Part shown: one piece after another, positions 36,658 through 37,957 of the stretch
Layout: each line of letters starts with the position of its first letter
How positions within the stretch are numbered: position 1 is the stretch's first letter
Sequence record: SRR20825019_248
Length of the DNA stretch: 37,957 nt
Strand: one strand, 5' to 3'
Program-made: the position numbers and the translations under genes
The notes under the pieces: generated by a model
The model's database searches: none
Told to the model about the DNA's origin: nothing
Seen by the model: the letters and a program-made list of their open reading frames with translations, nothing else

Positions 36658-37332
36658 ATGGGTTGGTGGATCGCGGGATTGAGTGTCAGTCTGGTGGTCG
36701 GCATCGGTCTGTTCCATGCACGGACAGACTGGGGCGGTCCGCATGTCAACTGGCTGGATGGCTGGACTCGTCTGATTTGTCGTTACCTGCACGGGCTGAA
36801 ACCGGAAACCCGAATCAATCTGCCTGAGACTGGCCCGGCGATTATTGTTGCCAATCATGTGTCGGGTCTGGACCCTTTGCTGCTCATCTGTGCCAGCCGC
36901 CGCCCACTGCGGTTTTTGATTGCTACTGAAGAATATCAACGTCCGATTGTGCACTGGGTGTTCCGCCTGGCAGGCTGTATTCCGGTGGATCGTAAAGGTC
37001 GCCCGGAACAGGCGTTGCGCACAGCCAGACGTGCCCTGGAGCAGGGTGAGGTCATTGCCCTGTTTCCACATGGCAAAATACATCTAGACAGCGACCCGCC
37101 AAGACCCATTAAGGGCGGAGTGGTTCGTCTCGCTGCCTGGAGCGGGGCTGCTGTTTATCCGGTTCGCATTGATGGTGTGAAAGCACAAGGACAGGTATTT
37201 CTGGCCCCGTTCACGCCGGATCATGTCACACTGACTTTTCATCCTGCGATGCAGATCACAGAGCCGGCCTCTAAAACCAGCCTGGAAGATATTCGTCAGG
37301 CAATCGAAACCCCGACGGACTTATCTCACTGA
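36658..37332 (+). CDS. PlsC-like lysophospholipid acyltransferase
   Basis: ANHVSGLD (HX4D), IPVDR, LFPHG; N-terminal TM. ATG 36658 lies 1 nt after the yciO stop. Confidence 0.85.
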   Translation: MGWWIAGLSVSLVVGIGLFHARTDWGGPHVNWLDGWTRLICRYLHGLKPETRINLPETGPAIIVANHVSGLDPLLLICASRRPLRFLIATEEYQRPIVHWVFRLAGCIPVDRKGRPEQALRTARRALEQGEVIALFPHGKIHLDSDPPRPIKGGVVRLAAWSGAAVYPVRIDGVKAQGQVFLAPFTPDHVTLTFHPAMQITEPASKTSLEDIRQAIETPTDLSH

Positions 37333-37339
37333 TTTCAGT

Positions 37340-37368
37340 CTTGAAATTCTGAATAACCTCCCCCATTT
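37340..37368 (+). promoter_or_regulatory. Sigma32 (RpoH) heat-shock promoter of clpB
   Basis: CTTGAAA-N14-CCCCATTT, a near-perfect consensus, upstream of a known RpoH regulon gene. Confidence 0.9.
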
Positions 37369-37403
37369 CCTAGATAACACACTTTTTTTAAGGGAAATGA
37401 GTC

Positions 37404-37957
37404 ATGCAGATCGATAAATTAACCAGCAAATTCCAGGAAGCGCTGGCAGCAGCACAGAGCATGGCAGTCGGTCGTGACCATCAATTTATAGAGCCAGTGC
37501 ACCTGATGTTGACACTGCTACAGCAGCAAAACGGCAGCGTAAAACCGATTTTGCAGCAAAGCGGCGTCAACGTTGCTGCCTATCAGGCGGAACTGGAACA
37601 GCAGCTGTCTCGGCTGGCCACAGTAGAAGGGGCGAGTGGTGATATTCATGTGTCACAGGATGTCAGCCGCCTGCTGAATCTGACTGATAAGCTGGCACAA
37701 AAACGCAACGATCAATATATTTCCAGTGAACTGTTTGTGCTGGCATTGGTGGATGATAAAACCAAAGCCGGTGAATTGCTGCGTGAGCATGGCGCCACCA
37801 AGGCCAACCTGGAAGCCGCCATTGATAAAATGCGTGGGGGAGAACGCGTGACTGATCCGAATGCAGAAGAACAGCGCCAGGCGCTGGAGAAATTTACCAT
37901 CGATCTGACTGCCAGGGCGGAACAAGGCAAGCTGGATCCGGTGATTGGCCGTGATGA
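37404..37957 (+). CDS. clpB: ATP-dependent chaperone ClpB (5' part, runs off the window; not in the ORF track)
   Basis: Manual translation: [34 protein letters not shown]...[25 protein letters not shown]. Confidence 0.96.
   Translation, partial: MQIDKLTSKFQEALAAAQSMAVGRDHQFIEPVHLMLTLLQQQNGSVKPILQQSGVNVAAYQAELEQQLSRLATVEGASGDIHVSQDVSRLLNLTDKLAQKRNDQYISSELFVLALVDDKTKAGELLREHGATKANLEAAIDKMRGGERVTDPNAEEQRQALEKFTIDLTARAEQGKLDPVIGRD

Overview
This is a chromosomal window from a gammaproteobacterium; gene content and order suggest a Methylophaga-like organism (inference only). At the left end, an AT-rich two-TM orphan gene lies downstream of polA, followed by the divergent polA / DUF2782-thrB block. 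The centre (5.4-23.8 kb) is a Pseudomonas-style LPS core locus: waaC, hldE, a translationally coupled gmhA-FAD oxidoreductase-aldo/keto reductase operon, two WaaG-like GT4s, WaaP, a tandem-domain LPS kinase, galE, a NodU/CmcH carbamoyltransferase, DUF6625, an O-antigen ligase-like protein, a WapH-like GT4, a GT2 and waaF. The right part is housekeeping: ZIP transporter, pgeF, IMPase, rsmE, DUF3301, a tail-anchored receiver protein, prmC, moeB-like E1, JAB protease, pmbA, a double-PilZ protein, bolA, yciI, yciB, a PHP protein, yciO, an acyltransferase and the 5' part of clpB behind a sigma32 promoter. No rRNA, tRNA, CRISPR array or transposase was seen. The most interesting items are: (1) the gmhA-flavoenzyme-AKR operon, a candidate uncharacterised redox (oxidise/re-reduce) heptose epimerisation or modification module; (2) the AT-rich membrane protein resembling retron Ec48-type effectors; (3) a 193-bp MITE-like element with CACAGAG-repeat terminal inverted repeats; (4) two probable leaderless promoters. 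All family calls come from motif recognition without database searches.
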